Shown here piece by piece: positions 13,312 through 27,030 of a DNA stretch of 64,000 nt (positions are counted from its first letter, which is position 1; every line of letters begins with the position of its first letter). The position numbers were made by a program, and so were the translations under genes. Under the pieces are notes generated by a model. The model made no database searches and had not been told where the DNA came from. It worked only from the letters and a program-made list of their open reading frames with translations. The DNA comes from Octopus sinensis (lineage: Eukaryota), in the NCBI RefSeq assembly GCF_006345805.1, contig NC_043004.1:20956001-21020000 (forward strand), given 5' to 3'.

Positions 13312-14261
13312 TATATATATATATAATTATATAATTATATATCATAAGGCTTTCTTTTCGATGATCTACTGATTCTTCTATCCTACACCTTATAAATATG
13401 TAAGATGATCTTACATTCGAAGATCTGATGCAACTGTTATTGAATTTGCTCTTCCCTCCTCTCTCCTATTTGATATATAAGCTAGAGAAATACTAATAAC
13501 AGGTCGTCATTTGGCAGAATATAATGCAATGAAGAATTTGTTCCAAATTTCATATAGAGTAGCTTTGTTGTTCCTCCTTTCAAGGTTGATAAAATGAAGT
13601 ATCAGTCCTGGGTAATGGATTGCTGACATAGTGAGAATATCAGATAGGATATGTTGTATGTGCTATCTATTCTAAATCATTATATCTCAACTTTAAAATC
13701 TCACTAAGTGTAAATTAAGCATTAGGATATAGTTGTAAACATCCATTCTGCAATTAGCCAGTGTTTCAATTAGCAATCACTGGATCGCTACAATTTATGA
13801 TGAAAAGGATATCAAGGGAGTGTTTGTATGGCTCGGACAGAATTAATACCACTGGGTATTTTTGTTTGAAATCACTTTTCCTTGTTCTTTCTTTTCTTCC
13901 AACATCGTTATTTTTTGAAGCAGCTTATTAATGAGTACACTCAATCAGGATGTTACCTCAAGGATGAGTATAAGTAATATGTGTGATGTCTCACCATCCC
14001 TTGAAGAGTATGATTGAGATATGCTATGTTCCACCTGTTAGAGTCATGTGATAAGAAGCTAATGTCATTATTACAAGCAGCTACACAAATATTAACACCA
14101 GCATGTACATAGATTCATAAGGACATACGTTTGTCTTTAAAACATCACATGCACACACACACACATACACATGCATGTGCAAGCATGTTTATGCACATAT
14201 ATACATCTAATTACATTAACACATGTATTTACCCACAGGTTTGCAATCATATATTAAATAT

Positions 14262-14475
14262 TGGCTTCAGATTTTGGCACAAGGCCAGCAATTTCAGGGG
14301 AAGGGGTAAGTCAATTGCATAAATTCCAGCACTCAACTGGTACTTATTTTATTGACCCCGAAAGGATGAAAGGCAAAATCAACCTTGGTGGAATTTGTGC
14401 TCAGAATGTAAAGATGGATAAAATGCTGCTAAGCATTTTCCCCAGTGTGGTAACAATTCTGCCAACTCGCTGCTT
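14262..14475 (-). mobile_element. SINE family A
   Basis: Reverse complement of the 10675-10890 type. Confidence 0.85.
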
Positions 14476-14730
14476 TAATCATATATTAGAAATGAAGAAT
14501 TTTATTTTTAACAAAGATGTTAAATTCCTTTAGAAAATTGGTAACATTATTAGCTGATGTTTATACTGTCCTATGCTTTTGAAATCATGTACCTTGAAAA
14601 AAATTCTTACTGACCTTGAATTAAAATTACGTGTTCTTTCCTGATTCACAATCATATCTGTTTTCAGAGATACCCTGAATATCACAACTTGTCAAAAAAT
14701 ATAGTTATTAATAGTTACTAATACATCCAA

Positions 14731-15415
14731 GGACATGGTTCTGGGTTCAGTCTCACTGCTTGGCACTTTGGGTAAGTGTCTTCTACTATAACCACTGGCT
14801 GACCAAAGCCTTGTGATTGGATTTCGTAGACAGAAACTGAAGAAACCCATCATATATATATGTATATATATATCTATGTGTGGAGGCGCAATGACTCAGT
14901 GGTTAGGGCAGCGGACTCACGGTTGTAGGATCGTGGTTTTGATTCCCAGACTGGGCATTGTGAGTGTTTATTGATCGAAAATGCCTAAGGCTCCATGATG
15001 CTCTGGCAAGGGGTGGTGGTGATCCCTGCTGTACTCTTTCACATCGACTTTCTCTCACTCTTTCTTCTGTTGGCCTGCTTGTTTAGCCAGCGGGTTGGCG
15101 TCATTTGAAGGCTAAAACAATGTGAAGCGCATTGTGAGCAGTGATGTGTAGCAACATTTAATAGCCTGGTCAGTCACGGTGATCACGGTGATATATCTAT
15201 GTGTGTGTGTGTGTCTGGGTTTGTCCCCCCATCACCACTTGATAACCAGTGTTGATGTGTTTATGTCCCCATAATTTAGGGCAAAAGAGACTGACAGAAT
15301 AAGTACCAGGCTTATAAAATAAGTGCTGGGTTTGATTGTTTTTGACTAAAAATTCAAGGCAGTGTCCCAATAAGGCTGCAGTCTAATGACTGTAATAGGC
15401 AAAAGATAAAAGATA
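14731..15415 (+). mobile_element. SINE family B interrupted by a family D tRNA-SINE (14881-15190)
   Basis: B head 14731-14850 and B tail 15200-15415; D head ggaggcgcaatgactcagtggttagggcagcggactc. Confidence 0.75.
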
Positions 15416-17058
15416 AATTGCTTTATATACAAAGTAAGCTTTTTGCAGAATCAGCTGAGCTACATCCGACATTCAGCCAATTTGATCTGCTACTACAAGA
15501 AGCCTCAGCATGTTGTTGCTGACTTATCTATGTTATTGGCAGGATTTGAACAAGACAATAATATTTAAAAGAAACCCCGGAACTTAAATATCCTATAACA
15601 ATTGGTTGAAGATCTTTCTGTCACTGTCACATAAAAACATTAATACATAGTGAAAAAAGAAAGGAAAAAGGAAATTGTCAAAACAAAAAAAAAAAATAAA
15701 TAAATAAATATGACTGTTAAACAAAGCAAAACATGTGAATATTTGATTCTGTCTAGAATAATTAGAGAAAAAGAAAACAACAGCTGAAAGCTTTTTGTGA
15801 CAGAAATGTGGACACTTAAAATACTTTTGTTGTAATCTCCCTTTAATTCTGTCAACTCTGTCAAATCAGGAAATTTCACACACACATGTCTGTGTGTCTT
15901 TGTCAGCATGTGTGTAATTGTGTGTTATAAAGGTGCGTGCTTGTTTGTGAAAGTGTGAGAGTAACTGCTAATATTTGTGCGTTTATTTGTGACTGACTCT
16001 TAAGTATGTAAGTGCGTAAATATTTGTGAATATGTGCATGTGTATTTCTGAATGTGTTTGTACATATATTTGGCATTATGTGTGCATGTGAAAGTACATT
16101 TATTTGTGTGTGTGTGTGTATGTCTGTCTGTGTGTGCACACACATGCTCTCTTCATTTTGCTTTCTCTTTCTGATGGAGTCTGTTTTAGAGATTGAAAAA
16201 GAGAGAGAATGAGTATTTGTGTATGTGTGCGCGCATTATATACATGCACACACTTACAAGAAGATACTGTTGATGTGATGTCAGTGTACACTGACAGGTG
16301 TGTCACTTCACCTGCCACAGGATATTTGGGAATTTGCATGTGAGTGTATATGCTTGCATTTATGCATGTATATGCATATGTACATGCATTTGTGAATTGT
16401 GTGTGAGTACGCGCATATATTTGTGAATATAGAGTGTGGAATATGTGCTGATGTGAATCTATATGGATGTGTGTATGCGTTTGTAAATCTGTGTGTGTGT
16501 GTGCGCGCACGTGTGTGTGTGTGTGTACTTGTGAATCTCTATGTGTGTATGTGTGTGTTTGTATAATTAATGATAATCTATGATCCTTTCTCATGAAGAT
16601 TGCTCTTTAGCCAGGAAGAAACATGCAATTTTCTTGTGTCCCGTCTTTATTCTTTTCTTTCACTTGTTTCAGTCATTTGATTACAGGCATGCTGGAGTAC
16701 TTTCTTGAAGGATTTTAGTTGAATAAATCGACCCCAGGACATTTTTTAAAACATAGTACTTATTCTATCGGTCATGTTGTTGAATTAGATAGGCTCTTCA
16801 TTCATGTCTTAACATGATTTTGCCGTAGATACCAGGATTTTGAACATTAAGCACTGAGAGGACAGAACTAATGATTCTTTTTCTATTCTAATTAAACTGA
16901 TTAACAAATACAGTTTGACCGCTCGGTTCAAAGTCTCCCTTGACCACGAATGGCCTGAACTCTTTGCATGAACACCACCCTGTACATAACTCCATGTCCC
17001 CCTACATGGCCTTGCTTTTTGCTTTTTGAGCCAAAAATTAACTAACTAACTAACTAAC

Positions 17059-17249
17059 TATATTTAAGAGACGAGGAATTATGTACATTACTTACATTAT
17101 TTACATTTGACGGATATTTGTCCTCATCTTGTTTGTTGCTAACACAACGTTTTGGTTGATATACCCTCCAGCCTTCATCAGTATATGGTGTAGTGGTTAA
17201 GAGCTTGGGCTACTAACCCCAAGGATCTGAGTTCGATTCCAGGCAGTGA

Positions 17250-17291
<42 letters not shown>

Positions 17292-17440
17292 CATCAAAAA
17301 ATACCTTAGGAATGAGAACCCAGGTTTGAAATTTCCCCAAGTCACCTGATGAAATTTCCTGAAGTCACCAGCTGAAACGTTGTGTTAACAACAAACAAGA
17401 TGAGGAGAAATATCCATTAATTGTAAATAATGTAAATAAT
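17059..17440 (+). mobile_element. Composite element: inverted copy of own 3' end + tRNA-derived head + (AAT)n + hammerhead-bearing tail
   Basis: 17059-17181 is the reverse complement of the tail; A box tggtgtagtgg 17186-17196, B box gagttcgattcc 17229-17240; (AAT)n 17254-17288; CTGATGA 17346-17352 and GAAAcgttgtgt 17374-17385. Confidence 0.8.
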
Positions 17441-17539
17441 TTCCCAACTTTTTAGAAACCTTGGAAACATTATCATTAATGAAGAAACACCACTGACAGG
17501 TATTAATATGTTTATATTACATCTTTTTATTGTTATATT

Positions 17540-17838
17540 TGTAAAATACCAGTGCCACCTGACTGGCTCCCATGCCAGTGGCACATAAAAAGCACTATTC
17601 AAGAGTAGTTAATGCCAGTACCGCCTGACTGGCCCTTGTGCCAGTGACATGTAAAAAGTACCCACTACATTCTTGGAGAGGTTGGCATTAGGAAGGGCAT
17701 CCAGCTGTAGAAACTTTACCAGATCAGATTGGAGCCTGATACAGCCTTCTAACTTGCCAGTCCTCAATCAAACCGTCCAACCCATGCCAGCATGGAAAGC
17801 AGATGATAAACGATGACGACAACGATGATGATGATGAT
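17540..17838 (+). mobile_element. SINE-like family E with (GAT)n tail (relatives at about 28900-29145, 31930-32100, 36080-36340, 40870-41380, 42725-42860)
   Basis: ggttggcattaggaagggcatccagctgtagaaac...ccaacccatgccagcatggaa...gatgatgat. Confidence 0.75.
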
Positions 17839-18401
17839 GTGAAAGCATAACATCAAACTCTACAAAAATTGTAACCATCGGCAACAAACACAATAAACAG
17901 GAATATAAATGCATTTTTTTGCAGTAAAAATTGACAGCAATAATATTAAATAATACTTAATATTATTTTGCATTTGTGTGTCTTCTTACCTTTTTTCTTT
18001 TGTCTTTTCATTTTTATCTTGACATGTTGTCTACGAAAATCTGTTTAAATCTAAGCATTTCTTATAATAATTCAGTACAATTCTGTAATAGTAGGCTTAG
18101 GCTTTTTTGTTGTATGTAATCCTTCTCCTCTTCATTATTGTTGTTGTCGTTGTCCTCTTCCTCCTCATCATTGTCACTGCTGTCATTGTTGTCATCACCA
18201 CCACCACCACCACCACCACCACCACCACTACTGTTTTTTTTACATCTGCCTTGTTTTTACTCCCCCTCCTTCCCACTAGTGGTACAATATCCTCAGTTCA
18301 GCTTTTATCCCTTTTTTTTCCCCCATGTCTTCTTGTTCTAGTCATTTGGATCACTTAGCATTTCTTTACATAACTTCCATCTTTGATATACATTACACGT
18401 C

Positions 18402-18816
18402 TGTAGTGGCACAAGTGGTCAGCACCATATTGGATGAGATCTCGTGGCAGCCCTTGCCATCTCCAAGACTAGAGAGAGACCCCACTTGCATCCATTTACC
18501 ATGCGTGAGATCACAACGAGGCTCGCGATGGCAAACTGTATATAGGGGCAAGCCAGAAACAGATTCAGCCTTTTTTTCTTTCTGCTTCTTAGCAGCAGCA
18601 CTTCCTGAGCACACTCCATTGGCTGGGCCTGTCTGTATGTTGTACCTCCAGAGGCAATGCACCTGCACTAACGGAGCTACTACACAACGCACACAGCTAA
18701 AGATGGTTGCTGAGAGCAGTGCACTTCACCAATCCTGAGAACCTGTAAATAAACCAGTTGTAAATTGCATTTGTGCTTGTAGTCTTCTCTCTTCGCCTGC
18801 CAGAGCCTAAACTACA
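18402..18816 (+). mobile_element. Possible solo LTR
   Basis: Starts TGTAGT and ends ACTACA; TATA-like tatatagggg near 18540; AATAAA near 18748; GC higher than the flanks; no target-site duplication found. Confidence 0.4.
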
Positions 18817-18999
18817 CAAAGAACAAAAAGAGATAATGGAGGAAGGCGATATTCTCCCGATATCGTGATCCTTGCCATCCATTATACGTCCATATAATCG
18901 AGGCTCCAGACTCACACAGTTCAGTCAATTCCTTTTGCACCCAGTTTTCTTTCAACTAATTTATATTTTGTTGTTCACATTTTATATCTTGCCACACTT

Positions 19000-19350
19000 G
19001 TTTCCAACTTTCCACTAATTTCTACATTCAATGTCCATGTCTCATAACCATCCATTATCACACTTTGTATATAAACATCACTGAATTTATTCTTCACTTG
19101 GAGAGAGAAACCCATTGTTACCAGCAGAAGTAACAGTCTCTGAACATTTTCTGTTATTTTTCTTATTCAGGCTGCTTTACTCTCAGAATACCCACTCCTA
19201 TTACTGATCAGGTCACCTAGGTAATAGAAGCTGTCAACTCCTTCTAGAAAACCTTGTGGGCATTTGAAGGAATGCATTTTACGTATGATTGTGCTTGCTG
19301 CTAATCTCTCTTGTGCATCTGCCACATGCATTCCTTCCTTTGTCAACATG
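19000..19350 (-). mobile_element. Degenerate RTE LINE fragment
   Basis: LEGVDSFYYLGDLIS..SGYSES matches the RTE motif VxxFxYLG. Confidence 0.7.
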
Positions 19351-19371
19351 CCTGTGCCTTACATAACTGTA

Positions 19372-19660
<289 letters not shown>

Positions 19661-21481
19661 CTAGCTACCTGTTTGTCGGTCTGTCTGTCTTTCCTTCTTT
19701 CTTTCTTTCTTTCATTTTTTTTCTTATTTCTTTCATCTCTCATTGAGCTACAGTCATGTTGGGGCACCACTTTGAAGGGTTTAGTCAAACAGATTGACCC
19801 TAGTATTTATTTTTGAAATCTTCTACTTATTCCATTGATCCTATCAGCAAACATCTAGTTTGATACTTGAACCTATCACCATCATCTTCACTGCCTCCAC
19901 CAGGCCTGAGACAAAATTACACCACATAGACTAATTCAGAACTCAACAAAGACAACCTAACACTATACGACCTTTCTATAACAAAACACTAACTTGCCTT
20001 CTTTTCTCACTTATCTTCTTTTCCTGTACCAATTTTTCTCTTCCCTCCTTTTACCTGTCTCCATGTTTGCCTGATCTCTCCAAACTATTTCTCCACCAAA
20101 TGCTCAATCGTTTTCACCCTCACTATAAATAACTCCCTTTCAAAAGACTGCAAGAGTGCTCACATATGCCAGTGCATATATGGAAGACTGTGTGTGGACA
20201 GTCTAATATAATTTATAAATGTTTGCTATAAGCCCACCTGTGTATATGTACTTGTCCATCTCTTAAACAGAGAGTCATATGTGTGTCTGATCACCTCATA
20301 GATACAGATGGACGATCGGCTGCTATTTATCATGAATACAATTTGCTATGCAAGAATTATCCTTCCTTTCTAGTCTTCTGATAAATCATGGCTTGGCTGA
20401 CTATGAGAAAATATTACTTTGTTTCAAAACAGGATGTAAGAAATATGTTTCACTGAATTCCATCTGACGTATACTAACTTGGAATAGAGAACGTTAAAAT
20501 GATGATAATGATGGTGATATTTGTTTGTGGATACTTATGCATGGATACCTAGAGGTTTACATAAATGTGTTAGTGAATCTGTGTTTGTATAGATGATATA
20601 CAACCGAGTGTATATATTTGTATGTTTGATTGTTCTAATTGATACCATCTACTTGAGCAGCTATGTCTGTACATGTGCACAGCTTATGCATGAATATAGG
20701 CATAACTGCAACACATATGTATTATACAAATGTTAGAAGCCACTTCATATCCCTGTATAAGGAAGTACGTAGCTGGACATATTAGCTGTAGTGGTGCCAA
20801 TGTACGATTATTTCTTAAATAATGGGCCAAAATATTTGACACAAAATATAGCAGATAACCTTAAACAAATCAATGAAGAGATAAATTACAACCTTCAATC
20901 TGTAACAACTTTTCTTTTGGTTATAAACGAAGATGGAGGTCTAACAAACAGCTATTATATAATGCTTGGAAACTGGCAGTATACCAAGAATAGTTAAATT
21001 GCATCTATATTTTCTTACACACACACACACATTTACTCACACATATACACATTCAGGAAAATGATTTATCTTTTTTGCACTAGTAGAAATGTAATGAAAT
21101 GTATTTGAAAATGCACTTGGAGTCTTTAAGAGAATTTATTAACTTGAACTTGACTGGTTTCACAATTTCATGATTTTCAAAAGTAGTGGGATATGGAAGA
21201 ACATGGAACTATAACACACATACATATAATATATAGTAGAAGCTGAATCTTTCGTAAAACATCTGCCTATTCCACCATGAGGTAGTGATTTAAAAAAGAA
21301 AATGTATTTATCTACATATGATTTATGTTCCACTGGAAAGTCATAAAATATTTGAAAGTGAATTAATACTTTGATTGGGTGCTGGAAATCAATAGAGTAA
21401 GAGCTGGTAAAACAGTTCTGTATATGAACCAAGATAGCTGAAGGATAAAGGGTAGAAAGATAAATCAGAATAAAAAAGAAA

Positions 21482-21512
<31 letters not shown>

Positions 21513-22959
21513 ATATATATATAATGAAGAATAGGAAGAAAAGGGGGGAAAAGGGAAGGAAGTTAGAAAGAAGGTAAGGTAAAGGTCAGAGAAAGAGAAA
21601 ACATGATTGATTTAAATGCCAATAAATTTATAAATTCAAAAGTAAATAGTTTCTTTTTATGTGATTGAAAGATGAATGGAGAAAGAAACAGAAAAAGGAG
21701 AGAGAGAGAGAGAGTGAAAATGAAAGAGTGAGAGTGAAAGAGTGAGAGAGAGAGAGTGAGAGTGTGTGTTTAAGATAGATAAAGAGTTTAAAGAGAAAGG
21801 ATTTATGGTGTAATGTATGTTGTTTTAAAGGGAACTTATAAAGCGTCAGTTGTTTCTTTACTAAGCGATGATGAATGGTGAGTGGGAAAATAAAAGAAGG
21901 AGGATGTGAAGATCAAAGAGAAGGGATAAATATGATAGTTGTAATTGTGTAATATTTTTTTCAAGGGGTTGTTACGAAAAGGATAATTGTATTAAATGTG
22001 AAGCACAAAATGTAGACCTGAATATATTGGAAAATAACTTGACTAGTTTCACCTCATCTTCACCAACTTATAAGGTATGTCTCAGGATTGCTTAAATGAT
22101 TTACTTGTACAGCCAGGAGCTACAATTTTAAAATGTTCTGGCTACTTATAAAGTAAATACCTAAATTATATATGTATATCTTTCTCTCAAAGCATATCAT
22201 CATCAACATCATCATCGTTGTCGTCATCTTCATCATCATCCTCATCATCATAATCACCACACCACCTGCTTTTCCTTGCTTGCATGTGTCTGATGGAATT
22301 TATTGAGGCAAGATTTTCTTATGCCTGGATGCCCTTCTTGTTGCCAACATTCACCTGATAGCAGACAAGGTTGGATATGTGTTTGTGGAAGAATGGAAAT
22401 GGAGAACATAGCCCGTGTCTTGGTAATATTCATTTGCAGCACACACATAATATCAAGACAGAAACACAAACATGCATACATGCATACATGCATACATACA
22501 TACATACATAATACGTACATACATATGGTGGCTGCCCCCTCGTTATCGAGTATGGCCATTGCACGAAGCTTAATCAATGTTATCATCATGCAATGCCTGT
22601 GCAAGAAGATTTCTTTTAAAGTGAGGAAAGGCTATGCACTGAGTCAATCCCACTCACTAAGCAACAGCAGCCATAATCCGAAAAGAAGAACAAGTCAACA
22701 TCATCGGTAACCACTGAGCCGTAGGTTTTATGTCAGAGTTATCCCAGTTACCTGAGTTACCTTCTCCTAGAAGGATGCCCTAACAAAGGCTAGGAGTCCT
22801 TCACTCCCAATGGTTTAACCATGTGATCGGGTATTCAGTCCGATTATTTCTATGTCCCTGCACATGATACAGCCTTAAGACATTTATTGGATGGCCGTTG
22901 ACTCTCAAGTGTTCCTCCACCCTTTGATGGGTTTTGTTTTTCATCCCGCAGGGTGCCCA

Positions 22960-23080
22960 ATAAACACCCTTCTCACTAAGCAAGTTTGGTGGGGTTGCCG
23001 GTTTAGTCGCCGATGACCCAACCATGCAAAGGGTTGTACTGGGTTACATGTTACCAGTAGCACTCGAAAGTGACCTGACA
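22960..23080. repeat. Dispersed repeat (probably LINE UTR), second copy at 62410-62562
   Basis: Shared atcc-gcagggt...ccaaccatgcaa...accagtagcact...tgacctgaca. Confidence 0.6.
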
Positions 23081-24171
23081 TACATACATGCATGCACATA
23101 CATGCTTGCATGCATGCACACACACACACATGCATTCATTCATTCATTCATTCATACATATCATGATATTGAATATAAACACGTTGGCATAGAGGACTAT
23201 TCATTCTTACAGGTAATAAATATGATCCCCTATAATTTTTGTCACTAATGCAAGCCTGGTAAAAGAAAAGGTTATCTTCTTTGAATTAATGCAGAGAAAC
23301 AATCTTCTTATATCTACTTTACTGATGAGAATGTAAATTATGCTTATAAAATGTTGCCACATTCCTATTCATATGTATATATACACATATATATAAGAGT
23401 TCTGTAAGTAAATAAATATGTGTGCATAATTATCCATATATGATATTTTTACATCTTTTTGTGACTATGCTATACCTGTCTCTACTTACATGTAATCTAA
23501 TTACTCACAATATTATGTATTCTTCCTTTATAAATAATCTATTCTCATTTCATCTTGTAATATTTTAATCTACCACTTAAATCTATCATTTTAATCTATC
23601 ACTTTGACGTATTACATTTTATCTTTTATTTTATTTTATTTTATATTAGAAATTTCTCATAAATTTATTGCTTGTGTAGTCATCTATATCTGAATATAAA
23701 TCTATATAAACGAGAGTTGGTCAGAAAGTATTGGAAGTAAAAATGACATTACTTACTTTCTGACTCTCCCTCATATGTGTGTGTGCTTCCAAAAAATTAA
23801 AGTATTTTGACTGTATATGTGTACATGTGTGTACGTTGATTTGTACATATTTATATACATGTAAATATCTGTGTGGATGCATAGGAATGTGTATGCATGT
23901 ATATGCACATATATATGATGTCAGGACTTGGAGAGGAGATACAAGCACCAACATACAAACATTACACACACATGCATACACACACAAACATGCACACACA
24001 CACACACACACATACGCACACACAATCTTTCAGCTTCAGTCTAGTGAATCTAATTACAAGGCTTTGGTCAGCCTATCATAGAGGATATTTGCAAAGGTGT
24101 GGCTGTGTCATGCCGTGGGACAGTACCAGAAACTACATGGTTGAAAAGCAGTAAAATACTTTGTCATGAAG

Positions 24172-24174
<3 letters not shown>

Positions 24175-24245
<71 letters not shown>

Positions 24246-24266
24246 TGTGTGTGCGGGTGTGTGTGT
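24175..24266. repeat. (TG)n microsatellite
   Basis: Directly visible. Confidence 0.95.
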
Positions 24267-24333
24267 TAAATAAAATGAGACAACAAAGCCAAGGCTGTGT
24301 GGAATTTATAGGACATTTATAAAGAGAAAGGTA

Positions 24334-24381
24334 GTCTTACAGCTGTTTCTGGGATATTAGGGATATCCCTTCTTCAGCGAC
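24334..24381 (-). ncRNA. Minimal hammerhead ribozyme-like motif in a probable PLE terminus (24267-24680)
   Basis: Minus strand gtcg-CTGAAGA-a-GGGATAT-cccta-ATATCCC-a-GAAA-CAGCTG-TA-agac; palindromic stem III, GUA site. Confidence 0.65.
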
Positions 24382-24795
24382 GATGTGAGATAGTTAAATA
24401 GAGGGAAATATTAGATATGAGAGAGTTAACTAGAGGGAAATAGTAGAGTTCAATATAAGAAGTTATTTTGGAAAAGGATGGATATAGGAAGTATGAAGGG
24501 AAATAAAAGAATAAAAATAAAGATAAAAATATATGTAGGATGTTACAGTTGCAGTTTTGTTATCCAAGGAAAGTGCTGTGTAGAATGGGTAGAAATGCTT
24601 CTTGTCCATGGTTTGTAGAATCTGATAGGAGTTCATACGTAGTAACAAAATATGAACTCCTATCGGATTTTACAAGGTTGACTTTGCCTTTTGTCCTTTT
24701 GGGGTCAATAAAATAAGTATTGGTTAAGCATTTGGGGTTGATGTAGTTGACAAGTACCCTCGCCCAAAATTTCAGGCCTTGTACCTATAGCATCC

Positions 24796-24965
24796 TCTTC
24801 TTCTTCTTCTTCTTCTTCTTCTTCTTCTTCTTCTTCTTCTTCTCTTCTTCTTCTTCTTCTTTTTCTTCTTCTTCTTCTTCTTCTTCTTCTTCTTCTTCTT
24901 CTTTTTCTTCTTCTTCTTCTTCTTCTTCTTCTTCTTCTTCTTCTTCTTCTTCTTTTTCTTCTTCT
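24796..24965. repeat. (TTC)n/(GAA)n tract following a partial SINE A
   Basis: Directly visible. Confidence 0.95.
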
Positions 24966-25029
24966 TCCTCCCCTCCTCCCCTCCTCCTCGTCATCGTCAT
25001 CATCATTATTATTATTATTTAGCTTATGG

Positions 25030-26300
25030 TGATAACATATCACCTTAACAGATGCTAAGTTTTGAGTTGTAGAATAAGGTAGTTAGCAGTTGACTTATTA
25101 AAAGTTTGTTAATATTTATGTTCAGTTGGAAAATTATCCTTGAGAATTTAAAAAAAATATTCATGGCACTGCTGCTTTTATTTGAGGGAGAGACGATGTT
25201 ACACCATGTAATATTTCTTTTGCTACTTTTCCTAATCTTACTAGAGCACCATTAGGTTAAATACAACAAGCACCTTTAATTTAGAAGATAAGTTAATATT
25301 AGTTGATAATCCAGCGACATTATTAGATTAAAGATCTAGTCATTGCTGTTATCACTAATTACTCTATCAATATTAGTATTTTTAATTTTCAGATAAATTC
25401 TTTTTGTATTAGAATTATGGTTATTGCTGATGTTATGAGTGCTCGCTGAAAATTATTTTCATTTCTATATTTAGAATAATTATTAGTAACATTTGAGGCA
25501 CTAATTGATGAAGTGTATATTTTTATTAATAGGCAGTTTAATATTTAGAACATTTAATTAGAGCAAGGGACAAATATTATTGAGATTATTAGAAAATGTT
25601 TTATCAAACACTTGATTGGAGAATTATAATTAAACTGATTAACTATAATAATTGAGATTGTTAACCTGATTTTGTTTTTAGAATTCATGATTTTATCATT
25701 AGAAGTTGTACTAGTATTTTTAGGATAATCAATATTGAATTTAGTATTATAAATATATATTTTTTCCTCATCCTCACTTTGCTTTAAAGCAGTGATTCTC
25801 ATTTGGGTTCCATATGGCCCAGGGGGTCCACATCAGATTTTGTTGTTAAAATTTATTTGCATTATATTGATTATATTTCTACAATAAACAAAATATTTTA
25901 ACAATTTTTTCATACAATTCCAAATAATATTTAGTTATAAAAATGCAATAGGATTTTTTAAACATTGAATGGCTATAGGGTTCAATAGAGATATATACAA
26001 AATGGTTGAGAATCACTACTTTAAAGCATCATTGTAATAGGACAAATTGTCACTGACATTTCTTTCATTAGCTGAAAGATATGAAATTCTAATTTAAATA
26101 TTTCTGATGAGACTGTTTATTATAAATTTAGATTGGTTAGTTTTTGTATTTATTTATATAATGTAACATTTAATGAGATTTATAAGAGGGATAATAATGA
26201 TAAGAATTTAAATTAAGAATTATTTCAAGAAGTTACAATTTTAAAATTCTTTACAAAAGTTAAAAATATATTGTTCTTGAAAAATTAGGGGAAGGATTGC
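25030..26300 (-). mobile_element. Highly degenerate Penelope-like element
   Basis: Minus strand YINK...IINSLIRNI*IRISYLSANE...YYNDALK[MITE]QSEDEEKIY...LIKHF aligns by eye with the 46516-47553 ORF. Confidence 0.65.
25790..26018. mobile_element. hAT (Buster/Charlie-like) MITE
   Basis: TIRs cagtgattctca / tgagaatcacta; perfect 8-bp TSD CTTTAAAG at 25782-25789 and 26019-26026 with central TA. Confidence 0.88.
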
Positions 26301-26559
26301 CTAAGTCTCTTCAGTTCAGATAAAGAATAATTTGCATTTACAAAAACAAAATCATCATTCCCTTAGTCCAGGAAATCTTTATGCAATCCACATAAGAGCA
26401 ATAATCCTATAAGGTTAGTTACTGGAGCCAAATCAGATGAATGCATATGATATAATTATTGGATATGGATTAGATAGTACAGTAATTATCACTGATTAAG
26501 ATAAACACACTCTGCATTGCTAAAATTATGATTATATCTCTGTCTGCTAAATAAAAAAC

Positions 26560-26950
26560 TTTTCCAGCAAAAGTCAGTGTCTTATTTAAATTAGCTAAGT
26601 ACTTATCTTGCAGTTGTTTCACTAGGAAAATGGTATCCATAGTACTTCTTCCTAATGAGAAACCAAACTGCGCCTCATCTAAGCTAAATGCTTCTTTAAT
26701 GAAGTGAGCTGTAGTATTTTCTCTAGCATTTTCTGTAGCTTTCATGAGCAGCTCCAGCAGTTTAATTCCTCTATTATTCCCTAAGCTTAAGGCAACTCCT
26801 TTAGTCTTGTAACAGTTGAGTTGACTCTGTTGCTGCATATGACATGTTCCTCTGTAACCTGATTAACTATCGAGTCACTTGTCCATATCCTATTCAATCA
26901 ATTATTTTAAGAATCTCAGTGGTGACTGCTTACTGACTGGGAGCTTTCAC
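26560..26950 (-). mobile_element. Degenerate RTE RT fragment
   Basis: NNRGIKLLE...LDEAQFGFSLGRSTMDTIFLVKQLQDKYL. Confidence 0.85.
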
Positions 26951-26967
26951 TGATGTATATGTATGCA

Positions 26968-27030
<63 letters not shown>

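Noticed and set aside
17183-17252. Functional tRNA gene
   Set aside because: 5' acceptor strand missing, atypical ACT anticodon, no poly-T terminator; embedded in a repeat
24705-25043. Protamine-like poly-Arg / poly-Glu ORF
   Set aside because: (GAA)n microsatellite at a SINE end
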